Source: Planctomycetota bacterium (GTDB taxonomy: Bacteria; Planctomycetota; MHYJ01; JACQXL01). From it: a stretch of DNA of 24,000 nt. Below the pieces are notes generated by a model. That model was not told the origin of the DNA. It searched no databases and saw nothing but the letters and a program-made list of their open reading frames with translations. Positions 1-8,241 of this stretch are shown here, piece by piece. Both the position numbers and the translations under genes were made by a program. Every line of letters begins with the position of its first letter. Within the stretch, counting starts at the first letter, position 1. The stretch is from assembly GCA_043808305.1 (NCBI GenBank), contig JAZDFB010000016.1:24829-48828 (forward strand). The letters run 5' to 3'.

Positions 1-725
1 TCCTCGTCAACATAATCCCGGCCATGTTTCCCGTGTAGGTAAGTATCGGCATTTACCGATTTGCACATATTTATTATCAGGTCTGTTGCTTTGCCTTCGA
101 CTTTACTCTGGCAGTTTGAGTGTAACGAATTATACTCTGGCAGTTTAAGCGGTAGCGAATTACTGCCAGGTATCCTCGGCTGTAATCCCGCTTCGGCGGG
201 ACTAACAGCCGATGGACTGCCAGGTATAGTCGGCTGCAACTTCAGAGCCCCAGAGGACCTCCCCTTGAGGGGGACAGGCAGCCGAACTATGAGCTCTGAC
301 GATTTGACTATGTCCGCCTTTATATGCATCTGCTCACAAACATAGCGGATGATGGCCTCATTAAGCGCGGACAGATATTGCCATTCCTTTTGATATAATT
401 GGCTGAAGAATTCGGAATATAGGGCAAAGTATGGGGCGGATTGGTAGTTGCGCAGAATACTCATCCAATGCTTCCGGCGCCAGTCCGTGGAATTATCTAT
501 AACCGTATCCTTGATAGACTGGAAATACTTACCCTTGGTAATTACCGGCACCGTAAGCCATATCCAGCCGGTGGCGGTGCGAATTCGGTTGCGGTTTATC
601 CAGCCGAAAGGGCCGCGCTTGACAAACTGGACGGTATCCACTATGATGAATTTATCGCAGCGCGCCGCCTTATGGAAAAATCCTATGTAAGGCAAATAAT
701 TTGGCTGGTGCCCTGCGGCTATCAT
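1..725 (-). CDS. WbqC-family protein; the 3' end lies beyond the left window edge. Carries an in-frame repeat-element insertion
   Basis: Manual minus-strand translation from the ATG at 725-723 stays open to position 1. It reads MIAAGHQPNYLPYIGFFHKAARCDKFIIVDTVQFVKRGPFGWINRNRIRTATGWIWLTVPVITKGKYFQSIKD...SSEL[about 64 aa P/S/G-rich insert]GKATDLIINMCKSVNADTYLHGKHGRDYVDE. The QPxYxPYxGFF / VDxVQF / WxNRNRI pattern is the one I recognise from WbqC (PF08889). The ORF is absent from the supplied track, probably because it has no stop inside the window. Confidence 0.7.
   Translation of the reverse strand, partial: MIAAGHQPNYLPYIGFFHKAARCDKFIIVDTVQFVKRGPFGWINRNRIRTATGWIWLTVPVITKGKYFQSIKDTVIDNSTDWRRKHWMSILRNYQSAPYFALYSEFFSQLYQKEWQYLSALNEAIIRYVCEQMHIKADIVKSSELIVRLPVPLKGRSSGALKLQPTIPGSPSAVSPAEAGLQPRIPGSNSLPLKLPEYNSLHSNCQSKVEGKATDLIINMCKSVNADTYLHGKHGRDYVDE
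100..290 (+). repeat. Composite nested-hairpin repeat (about 2.5 units of modules M1 and M2), copy A, inside the WbqC-family CDS
   Basis: M1 is tactctggcagttt(g/a)agYg(g)taRcgaattactgccaRgtat, with stem ctggcagt/actgccag: a partial copy at 104-131 and a full copy at 133-173. M2 has stem tcggctgt/acagccga at 176-213, and its loop holds a further hairpin tcccgc-ttcg-gcggga. A second, longer M2-like hairpin agtcggctgc...gcagccgaact lies at 228-288, with an inner cccc-ttga-gggg. Copies at 1044-1163 and 18038-18114 match it. Confidence 0.85.
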
Positions 726-737
726 TTATTAATCTGC

Positions 738-1550
738 TTATTGGAATATTGTTCTGGTTTTCCTGATGGACAAAGAACCGGCCGCGAAAGCCTCCTGCAA
801 ACCCAGGGCTTCAATAATCTCGTCCGGCCGGGCCGTGCCCTGATTGGTAACCTTTGTTGTCAGTATTATCTTGTTATCCTCTATTTTGGCATCTTTGATG
901 TATGGCCTGATATCCACGCTTTTCTGTCCTTCAGAACTTTTTCTTATTGCCATAATCTCTTTTTGCCCGAGTAAGCTGTTGATTTTTCCGTGATATTCGG
1001 CCGGGAAATCACCGCCGCCATTGCTTACCCCGACGGAATAGTCGGGATAACGTGGCAGTCCATCGGCTGTTCGAACGTAGTGAGTTACAGCCGAGGATAC
1101 CTGGCAGTAATTCGTTACACTCAAACTGCCAGAGTATAAACTCGCTTTACTCGAACTGCCACTAATGTGGTATTCCACGGAAAACTCTTTGGGGTTATCG
1201 GAAGAATGCTGCGGAGATACTTCGGTAATCCTGATTAACTGCCTGTTTTCATCTATCGAATCCGAAACAAAGAGGGAAGCCAATTGGGGATTAAGCCGGT
1301 TTTGGACTTCGGCAGGAGAAAGCCATTCGGCCAGATGCAGATAAATTACTTCATCGTCTGAAGGAATGCCTAGGCTAAGCGCTCCCAGAAAAGATATTCT
1401 TGGCCGCGGATTGAAGCCTTCGGAAAGCGCAATCGGAATGTCTGCCCGGCGGACAGCCCGTTCGATAAGCGTCATCAGTTCCCGATGAGGAAGAAACCTG
1501 GCCCTGCCGTCCTTGCTAAACCGCACCTGAAAGGTAAATTTCCTCATCAA
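738..1550 (-). CDS. DUF2344 / TIGR03936-like radical-SAM-linked protein, with an in-frame repeat-element insertion
   Basis: The N-terminus FQVRFSKDGRARFLPHRELMTLIERAVRRADIPIALSEGFNPRPRISFLGALSLGIPS matches the DUF2344 pattern (KFxKxGxxRFxSHLDxxRxxxRAxRRAxxPxxxSxGFNPxPKxSF). The internal stretch SGSSSKASLYSGSLSVTNYCQVSSAVTHYVRTADGLPRYPDYS is encoded by repeat copy B. Confidence 0.75.
   Translation of the reverse strand: MMRKFTFQVRFSKDGRARFLPHRELMTLIERAVRRADIPIALSEGFNPRPRISFLGALSLGIPSDDEVIYLHLAEWLSPAEVQNRLNPQLASLFVSDSIDENRQLIRITEVSPQHSSDNPKEFSVEYHISGSSSKASLYSGSLSVTNYCQVSSAVTHYVRTADGLPRYPDYSVGVSNGGGDFPAEYHGKINSLLGQKEIMAIRKSSEGQKSVDIRPYIKDAKIEDNKIILTTKVTNQGTARPDEIIEALGLQEAFAAGSLSIRKTRTIFQ
1044..1163 (-). 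repeat. Nested-hairpin repeat copy B (M1 + M2), about 120 bp, inside the DUF2344 CDS
   Basis: The reverse complement reads agtggcagttcgagtaaagcgagtttatactctggcagtttgagtgtaacgaattactgccaggtatcctcggctgtaactcactacgttcgaacagccgatggactgccacgttat. This is near-identical to copy A (133-220) and copy C across M1 and the M2 stems. Confidence 0.85.
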
Positions 1551-1559
1551 GATGATAAC

Positions 1560-3356
1560 TCATTTAGCGTCTTCTAATAATTTTTCTTGAGATTCAATCT
1601 TCTTAGCCATTTTAACTGAAGTCTCGCTGCCTGTCTTAATAATATGGGGGGTCAGGAAAATCAGAAGATGCTCAGTAGTGTGGGTATCGCTGCGATACTT
1701 GAAAAATATATTGAATATCGGAATATCTCCCAAATAAGGTATCTGTTCAACTGCTTTTGATACCCGGTCTCTTGAAAGACCGCCGATAATGGCCCCCTGG
1801 CCGCTTTCCAACAACAGGTACGCTACTATGGTTGATTGTTGCGTTCTGGGCAAGTCAATGTATTGCTCTCCTGTTCCGCTGTTTAGTTTATACCTGTCAA
1901 ACCCCGGGACCTCGGATGTGTTACCCGTAAGAATTTCCTGCTGCGGTATTATCGTTAACATCACCTGATTAGTATCCTTGATAACGTATGGTAACACCCA
2001 AAGTTGGAAACCCTGCTTGGCGGGTGATTTTGCCGCCTCGCCGATTGAATAAGCAATAGTGCCTGATTGTGAAGATGAAGCGGTGGTTTGGGCAAAACTG
2101 ACTGATTCCCCTACGAATACCGTTGCTTCCCGTCCGTGCAATGTCAGTAAAGTCGGTTCCTGTATAAGCCGGCTTTTTGTATCTTGTTTAAATAGCCTTA
2201 ACGTTGCGGTTATGTCATATTGAGTCAGATAAAGAGGATTATAAGAAGCGTAGGATCTGCCTCGGCCGAACGGAAGACTGCTGATAATTTGATTTGACCT
2301 TGGCGCAGTTAAGCCGCCCATTGTATCCGCAGCGCCTGTCGGGCGCGAGAAAGCGCCGATACCTTTGCCAAGCTGCCAGGCATAGTTTATGCCAAAATTT
2401 AAAAGGTCATCATTAGAAGTAACTATAAACTTCAGCTCAATTAAAACCTGAGGAGGAGCCATATCTAATTTATCAATAATCTTCTGGATTTCATCCAGGA
2501 CAGGCTTGGTATCTTTTACAATAATTGTATCGTTCTCGCGGTCATATTCCATGGTTCCGACCACTGCCCCACCCCTCTTTGTAAGCATATTCTTCAATAC
2601 TGTCAGCAAAGTAAAATCTCTGACCGGATCGGACGGACGCGGAGTTCCAACCGCGTATACCGTGCTGATTGTAGCCTTGAAATCTCCGGGCGGCTTAAGA
2701 TATTTAAGCTGAAAAATCCTGGTTTCCAGCTGTTCCTGTAATGCCTCGGTTTTGATAATCCTGACAACATTGTGTTTCTCCTGGACCATTGCATAACCCG
2801 TGGTTTTAATTATGTTATTAAGCGCTTCCATCCAGGGAATATCCTTAAACATCATCGTGACACTTCCACGGACATCGTCAGCAATAATAACGTTAATATT
2901 GGCCACTGCCGCAATGGCCCTGATCACCTCTTCCAACGGTTGATTCTTAAACGACATCGTGACAAGAGGCGGCTTGCTGACCCGATAAAGGGTGGGCGTG
3001 ATTTCTTCCAATACGCATTGGTTCTGGCGGACAATTTCTTCCAGGGCCAGCTTCCATTCCAAGTTCCGGAAAGTGACCGTTACAATATCATCCGAAGTTA
3101 TGGTAAAATCGGCGACGATGTTGACATTGGCAATTTCTGCGATAGCTTCTAAAGCGGCCCTTAGCGGTTTTTCACGCCACTCCACCGTTACCAATGCCAC
3201 CGGAGTTTGCTCTTTCTCCGGCTGTGAAGCTGCCGGCGCCTTGGCCGGCTCTTTTGACGTTGGTTCCGCAGCTACCGGCGGCGACTCGGCAAAAATCCCA
3301 CCAACCAGCAATAAAGATATCATTCCTACAAAAACAACTCTTAGAAAACATTTCAT
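1560..3356 (-). CDS. pilQ: Type IV pilus secretin PilQ
   Basis: Signal peptide MKCFLRVVFVGMISLLLVGGIFA. Three secretin-N/STN-like modules: LRAALEAIAEIANVNIV, LEEVIRAIAAVANINVII and WMEALNNIIKTTGY. The C-terminal secretin core ends ...VEQIPYLGDIPIFNIFFKYRSDTHTTEHLLIFLTPHII. The gene lies downstream of pilMNO. Confidence 0.85.
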   Translation of the reverse strand: MKCFLRVVFVGMISLLLVGGIFAESPPVAAEPTSKEPAKAPAASQPEKEQTPVALVTVEWREKPLRAALEAIAEIANVNIVADFTITSDDIVTVTFRNLEWKLALEEIVRQNQCVLEEITPTLYRVSKPPLVTMSFKNQPLEEVIRAIAAVANINVIIADDVRGSVTMMFKDIPWMEALNNIIKTTGYAMVQEKHNVVRIIKTEALQEQLETRIFQLKYLKPPGDFKATISTVYAVGTPRPSDPVRDFTLLTVLKNMLTKRGGAVVGTMEYDRENDTIIVKDTKPVLDEIQKIIDKLDMAPPQVLIELKFIVTSNDDLLNFGINYAWQLGKGIGAFSRPTGAADTMGGLTAPRSNQIISSLPFGRGRSYASYNPLYLTQYDITATLRLFKQDTKSRLIQEPTLLTLHGREATVFVGESVSFAQTTASSSQSGTIAYSIGEAAKSPAKQGFQLWVLPYVIKDTNQVMLTIIPQQEILTGNTSEVPGFDRYKLNSGTGEQYIDLPRTQQSTIVAYLLLESGQGAIIGGLSRDRVSKAVEQIPYLGDIPIFNIFFKYRSDTHTTEHLLIFLTPHIIKTGSETSVKMAKKIESQEKLLEDAK

Positions 3357-3367
3357 ATTTTTCTCCT

Positions 3368-5017
3368 TTATTTTTTATCGGCTATTTTGATTGTTAGAAT
3401 TTCACCCCTGTATAAAAATACAACTTCATTTGAAGATATTGATTTAATTGTTGTATCGGGATTTAATTTGGAACCCTCACCGTAAGCCACGTTATTAATT
3501 ATTGCGCTCGAAAAAGGCACATATTCAACATATACAACAGGCAGAGATATTTGATTGCCCATAAATGAGATTTTGACAGAGGGCAGCGTATTTTCCTGAG
3601 CTTTAAGATAATACACAATGCCTGTTATCTTGGGTGGGTTACGTAAGAACTCGATAAGAGTCTCAGCTCTGGCTAAAATTACCTCAACCTCTTTAATTAA
3701 ATCATCTATCTTAGCAACATAGTCTGTGTCTTCAACCTCTCTTTTTTGTCTGAGCAGTTTTATCTGAGAAAGTTTAGGATTTATCCCATCGTACTTCTTG
3801 AGGTCAAAAAACTTCTTGGCTTCATCTCTTAATGATACGGCTTGTTGATAAACAACCGCAGCGATTCCGGAAAATAACCTCTCAGCATCATCCCTGATAA
3901 TCATCATCTGATTTTTAGCCGCTTGAGGACCCATCTGCATCACTTTTGTGTATATATCAAGTATCCTGCCGTATGGTTCGGACATCGCATCGCCCCGTTC
4001 TTCTTCCGGAACCTGTTCGCATATTTTCTTCATCTGTTCCAGTTTTTCCTCGGCTTCTGCGAGCAACTTTTCAATGTCTTCTGGGGGGTTTGTAGAAGTG
4101 ATTTGCGTTGTTTTTCCCGGCTTTGTCAACTTCTGCCTGAAAGGATCATCTCTTCCACGTTTTTCAAATACAGATTTCTCTTCAGCAAGAGCATCTTCTT
4201 TTGTTGTTCTTGATATTATAATCTCACCAAGTTGGTTATTCAGTACAATATGCTCCGTAAGAACTATGCCATTTGCATCAATCACATATTCAATTTCTTT
4301 ATATAATGCTGTGGGGCTGGAAACAATAAGATTGCATCGATATTTTGTCTGGTCTTTCTCGCTCTCGGGCATTATTTTCTCTTTTACTATCAATAAAGCC
4401 GGGACAAAATAATTACTTGTATCTAGTAATTTAATAGAATAACTTTGGTTTATTTCAAGCCCTTGGCTAACTAGATATACGCCTATTTCCTGTCCGGTTA
4501 TATAAGGCTCTTCCGGGTTATTTTCAAATTCCTTGCCTTGCAGATCATTAAATACAGAAATACGGGTTTTTCCGCCTTCAGGAACTGCTTTATATTTCAA
4601 AACAACTTCTTTTGCCGAGGGCACGGTCGCTCTGACTTCCGATTTTATTAGCTTCATCCGGTTTTTTTGGCCTGGCGTTGGGGCTTGGATTTCAAATAAT
4701 ATTTCACCTATGATTCTGGTTCCGGCCGCTTCAATCATTTGCTTTTTCAGTTCCATTTCAGACTTTACTTTATATTGCTTATTTTGATCCGTGGATTGAG
4801 CCACTATTAATTCTATTGTCACAGCCTCATAACCCATTTTCCTTTCCTTGCTTCCGGCCAGCTTCCCTATAATAGCATACCATACTTCAGTTGTATTAGT
4901 CGGCGTGGCTGACTGTTCTCCTTCAGCAAAGATTAACGAAGAAATCGTTAAAATACAAAAAATCACTGCGGTTGTTATTTTGGTCACTTTAACTATATGT
5001 TCAAACCGATTTATCAT
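3368..5017 (-). CDS. Secreted 549-aa protein in the PilP position, with a possible PilP-like C-terminal beta domain
   Basis: ATG at 5017 and an N-terminal signal/TM segment ITTAVIFCILTISSLIFAEGE. The centre is a long charged, coiled-coil-like region (EKLLAEAEEKLEQMKKICEQVPEEE). The C-terminal ~90 aa (ITGIVYYL...SSAIINNVAYGEGSKLNPDTTIKSISSNEVVFLYRGEILTIKI) resembles the PilP/GspC-HR style beta domain. It sits exactly between pilO and pilQ. Confidence 0.6.
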   Translation of the reverse strand: MINRFEHIVKVTKITTAVIFCILTISSLIFAEGEQSATPTNTTEVWYAIIGKLAGSKERKMGYEAVTIELIVAQSTDQNKQYKVKSEMELKKQMIEAAGTRIIGEILFEIQAPTPGQKNRMKLIKSEVRATVPSAKEVVLKYKAVPEGGKTRISVFNDLQGKEFENNPEEPYITGQEIGVYLVSQGLEINQSYSIKLLDTSNYFVPALLIVKEKIMPESEKDQTKYRCNLIVSSPTALYKEIEYVIDANGIVLTEHIVLNNQLGEIIISRTTKEDALAEEKSVFEKRGRDDPFRQKLTKPGKTTQITSTNPPEDIEKLLAEAEEKLEQMKKICEQVPEEERGDAMSEPYGRILDIYTKVMQMGPQAAKNQMMIIRDDAERLFSGIAAVVYQQAVSLRDEAKKFFDLKKYDGINPKLSQIKLLRQKREVEDTDYVAKIDDLIKEVEVILARAETLIEFLRNPPKITGIVYYLKAQENTLPSVKISFMGNQISLPVVYVEYVPFSSAIINNVAYGEGSKLNPDTTIKSISSNEVVFLYRGEILTIKIADKK

Positions 5018-5024
5018 AAAAGAG

Positions 5025-5633
5025 TTATTTTTTTTCGGTATTCGGGGAAATATAAGTATAACTGGTTATTTTTACTTCTAATAAATGCCTTATCGCTGTT
5101 CCGGTTTTTTCCACTCCCATAAGATTTGTAGGCCTTAAAGAAATCTTGTCCACCTTAATAAACCTTTTATTTGTCTCCAGTAAATATATAAAATTAATGC
5201 AGTCGTAGAATTCGCCTTCGGCCCTCAGGCTATAAGATATCTTTTCAAATGTCGGTCCGCCACTGCCGGTCGGAGGACCTGATTTCTTAACTTCATCCGA
5301 CACATTTGCTCCGTGCACGACAAGCTTAGCTTCCTGCGCTATTTTAACCATTGAATTCAAGAAATCCTCATAAAGCTCATCTGTTTTGACAGGGAGCAAG
5401 TCCTTTATACCCTCTTTTTCTTTACGTAATACGTCAAGTCTCTTGTCCAACTCAATCATCTGGACTACTTTGGCTTCGGCTTCTTTTACCTGGACTTTAA
5501 CACTTTCTATTTCACCCTGTATCCTTATTAATTTATTATATTGGATAAAATACCCGTAAATAGCCAACCCAATAGCCATAATACCAGGTATAATAATGGT
5601 TAGAATAAGAAGTTTTCGTTCAGTAAGTCTCAT
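5025..5633 (-). CDS. pilO: Type IV pilus assembly protein PilO
   Basis: 202 aa with a short cytoplasmic N-terminus, one TM (LLILTIIIPGIMAIGLAIYGYFI), a coiled coil and a C-terminal globular domain. Its position between pilN and the PilP-position gene fits; the pilN stop is 1 nt upstream. Confidence 0.7.
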   Translation of the reverse strand: MRLTERKLLILTIIIPGIMAIGLAIYGYFIQYNKLIRIQGEIESVKVQVKEAEAKVVQMIELDKRLDVLRKEKEGIKDLLPVKTDELYEDFLNSMVKIAQEAKLVVHGANVSDEVKKSGPPTGSGGPTFEKISYSLRAEGEFYDCINFIYLLETNKRFIKVDKISLRPTNLMGVEKTGTAIRHLLEVKITSYTYISPNTEKK

Positions 5634-5634
5634 A

Positions 5635-6270
5635 TTAATTAGTCTTAGGGGCTGGTTTGCCCTTTCTTAACTCAATATCGAATTTCAGCGCAAATTCTTC
5701 AGTATAGTCCGGCATTGCCACTTTAACCAGGTTAAGAGCATCATCATAACCCAGATCAAATATTTTTCCCAATTCGGGATGATGCCTTAGTTTGATCCTG
5801 AATTCGGTCATTTTTTCAACGTTATCCGTAGCTGAAAGACAGCCAATGCTAAGGGTATAAGCAACCTGTCCTTTAGCTGAAGCTTTACTTCCACTTCCTT
5901 CTTCGCCCCTGAGAGAAGTAATCCAAATAGTAGGAGAGCCCGATATAAGATCGCATAAATAATCTACTGCTTCATACCATGAAAACGGCCTGGTCGATAT
6001 GACGGAATCAACTGCTTTCTTCCATTCTGAAAGATTTTTTTCTTCAGCCGCTTTCTTCTCAAAATCAATAGTTTGCTGTTGAAGTTTACCTAAATTATCC
6101 TGTTCACTATCCAGAACTTTGTCTTTGCCGCTTAATTTCGCCATCAAGACGGCGTTCCAGAAAACTAATAATAACAAAATTATTATTGCAGCGTTAAGCA
6201 GCAAAAACCGAGGAAGCGGTGTTCGTTCCTTATATCGTTTATCTTCCGGTAATAAATTAATTGTTATCAT
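5635..6270 (-). CDS. pilN: Type IV pilus assembly protein PilN
   Basis: The hallmark N-terminus MITINLLPEDKR is followed by a single TM (FLLLNAAIIILLLLVFWNAVLM). The gene follows pilM directly. Confidence 0.8.
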   Translation of the reverse strand: MITINLLPEDKRYKERTPLPRFLLLNAAIIILLLLVFWNAVLMAKLSGKDKVLDSEQDNLGKLQQQTIDFEKKAAEEKNLSEWKKAVDSVISTRPFSWYEAVDYLCDLISGSPTIWITSLRGEEGSGSKASAKGQVAYTLSIGCLSATDNVEKMTEFRIKLRHHPELGKIFDLGYDDALNLVKVAMPDYTEEFALKFDIELRKGKPAPKTN

Positions 6271-6276
6271 ATTGCG

Positions 6277-7335
6277 CTATTTCATTATTCGCGCGGCCAA
6301 ACCGGTTGCCACAGCAAAATTTGACGCTATTTTCTTAAAATCAACAGGGTCGACTCCATCTACCAATATCTCCAAAGATTCACAAGGATCCCACCTTATG
6401 GGCCTTTTTTCAAAGGTAACATCAATAGCTTCTTCCAAACCGATTATCTGAGAACCGCCGCCCGAAAGGTATATGTGCTCCACTTTCTTATCAGACTGGT
6501 GTTCAAAATAATCGAATGACAATCCTATTTCATGACAAAGCTCTTCTATGATTGAGGCAACAACTTCTTTAACTTCTTCTTGTTTCATGCCGGGGTCGCG
6601 TTTCAACGCCTCAGCTTGGGCGGGTTGCAGACCAATTCTTTTAACGAGAGCCTCGGTAAAATCATTACCGGCAATATGGATTTCTCTGGTAAAATATGAG
6701 TCCGTCCCATAAACAACATTAACATTTGTTTTGGTCGCACCGACATCAATCATGGCCGAAACTTTTTTGTCCGGACTGCTGGCTCCTGCCGTACTGAATT
6801 TCTGGTGTAGTTCAAAAGCATTCCCTATCGCAAAGCAATCCACATCAATAATCAAAGGCAACAAATGCACTTGTTCAATAAGAGCAATGTGCTCCTCTAT
6901 TGTCTGTTTCTTAACTGCCACCAGAAGCACTCTCATTTCCTTTTCTTCTTGATCCGGTTTCGGCTCTTCCAACGATGGCAATGGAGCACAATCAATCACG
7001 ACCTCTTCAACTTCAAACGGAATATATTTGCTGGCTTCGTATTTAATGGCACTTCTTAACTCCTCATCAGGCATCTTGGGCATGGTGATATATCTGACTA
7101 CTACTGACTTACCGGATACCGCTGTTACTACTTTCCTGGTATGCAGCCCGGATGTATCAAAAAATTCCTTAACCGCATCTTTAAGATCCTGCTGAGGCGC
7201 TAAATCTTTAATTCCATAACCGCTTATCACATAACTTCCGGACGCGGTCGGCGAAGGCGTCAGTTCTATGGCCTTTATAGCGCTCGTGCCGATATCCAAT
7301 CCGACTATTGACTTGGTTGTTTTAAGCTTAGCCAT
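6277..7335 (-). CDS. pilM: Type IV pilus assembly ATPase-fold protein PilM
   Basis: Actin-like ATPase motifs IVGLDIGTSAIKAIEL, IDVGATKTNV and IYLSGGGSQIIGL. 352 aa, typical for PilM. Confidence 0.85.
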   Translation of the reverse strand: MAKLKTTKSIVGLDIGTSAIKAIELTPSPTASGSYVISGYGIKDLAPQQDLKDAVKEFFDTSGLHTRKVVTAVSGKSVVVRYITMPKMPDEELRSAIKYEASKYIPFEVEEVVIDCAPLPSLEEPKPDQEEKEMRVLLVAVKKQTIEEHIALIEQVHLLPLIIDVDCFAIGNAFELHQKFSTAGASSPDKKVSAMIDVGATKTNVNVVYGTDSYFTREIHIAGNDFTEALVKRIGLQPAQAEALKRDPGMKQEEVKEVVASIIEELCHEIGLSFDYFEHQSDKKVEHIYLSGGGSQIIGLEEAIDVTFEKRPIRWDPCESLEILVDGVDPVDFKKIASNFAVATGLAARIMK

Positions 7336-7351
7336 AATAAACTAAAAGAAT

Positions 7352-8128
7352 TTAAATCCTTTTCTTGCCTTTACCTTTTTCCTGGCTTTTCATGTAGAAA
7401 TCATTGGCCTCTTTATAGGAGTCTATATCTCCGATATCAAACCAATGATTCTTCATTACATACCCAAAAACATCCCGTTTCTTATGCAACCACTGAATAT
7501 AATATCCGGGCGCATCGGGATTAAGATGCCCGTCCAGATATTCCTTAAATAATCCTAAATCCCTTGCCGGGAATACATATAAACAAATCGCTATTAATAT
7601 GCTTTTAGGATCCGGCGGTTTTTCCTCAAAATCGATTACTTTATCGCTCTTATCTAAAGTCACGACACTATACTGGCTTATTAATTTCCTGTCAACATCT
7701 TTCATATTTTTCAGGGCGATAGTCGGACCGTGTTTTTTATAGTAGCTGATTATCTCGTCAATATTATCGCCGAAAAGATTATCGCCGGCAATAACCAGCA
7801 AATCGCCCTTTATTCCGCATTTATCCACTACAAATTGTATATCTCCTATCGCACCCAGCTTGTTATCATTCGTGGTCGTCTCGTCGTCAACCAAGGTTAT
7901 TTTCTTCTTGAACCGTTGCTGCACCTCAGGCAACCAGTTCTGATAACTCTCATAAAACCGCCGGTTTACCACTATAAAAACCTCGCTGACATCCTTGGCC
8001 GATGACAACAAATCCAATGTCCATTCTATTACTGATTTCCCGGCAATGTTTAATAACGGCTTGGGAGTGTTTTTAGTCAGCGGATAAAGCCTGACACCAT
8101 AGCCAGCGCCCAGAATTAATGCTTTCAC
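7352..8128 (-). CDS. Sugar-phosphate nucleotidyltransferase (NTP_transferase family), GTG start
   Basis: Signature ALILGAGYGVRLYPLTKNTPKPLL (GxGxRLxPLTxxxPKPL). A GTG start at 8128 is preceded by gaggggaaaataag. Confidence 0.8.
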   Translation of the reverse strand: MKALILGAGYGVRLYPLTKNTPKPLLNIAGKSVIEWTLDLLSSAKDVSEVFIVVNRRFYESYQNWLPEVQQRFKKKITLVDDETTTNDNKLGAIGDIQFVVDKCGIKGDLLVIAGDNLFGDNIDEIISYYKKHGPTIALKNMKDVDRKLISQYSVVTLDKSDKVIDFEEKPPDPKSILIAICLYVFPARDLGLFKEYLDGHLNPDAPGYYIQWLHKKRDVFGYVMKNHWFDIGDIDSYKEANDFYMKSQEKGKGKKRI

Positions 8129-8166
8129 CTTATTTTCCCCTCTTTTATTTAATATTTAATCCATTT

Positions 8167-8194
8167 ATGCTAACTCTATAAAAACTAATGTCAA
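8167..8194 (-). promoter_or_regulatory. Candidate sigma70-type promoter for the nucleotidyltransferase-pil gene string
   Basis: The minus strand reads TTGACA (8194-8189), N16, TAGCAT (8172-8167), about 40 nt upstream of the GTG start. The -10 element matches consensus at only 4/6 positions. Confidence 0.25.
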
Positions 8195-8241
8195 TAAAAA
8201 TATATCTTGACCTTCGTAAATTTGATATTATCTTATATTTA

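Noticed and set aside
100-290. CRISPR array as an explanation for the tandem M1 repeats
   Set aside because: There are only about 1.5 tandem copies with no spacer. The repeats are part of larger hairpin modules. There is no regular repeat-spacer periodicity and there are no cas genes.
61-345. Plus-strand 94-aa ORF from the track
   Set aside because: It is made almost entirely of repeat copy A, starts with TTG, and is antisense to a WbqC-family ORF with clear family motifs.
441-974. Plus-strand 177-aa ORF (and the nested 448-690 ORF)
   Set aside because: It is antisense to the WbqC-family and DUF2344 genes and spans their intergenic gap. It has no recognisable motifs and a low-complexity hydrophobic tail.
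8188-8241. Upstream ATG start for the miaB-like gene
   Set aside because: The added residues MSIKIYLDLRKFDIILYL are not part of the family. The canonical N-terminus (MKxxxIxTFGCQMN) begins at 8242, and the extension overlaps the AT-rich promoter region.
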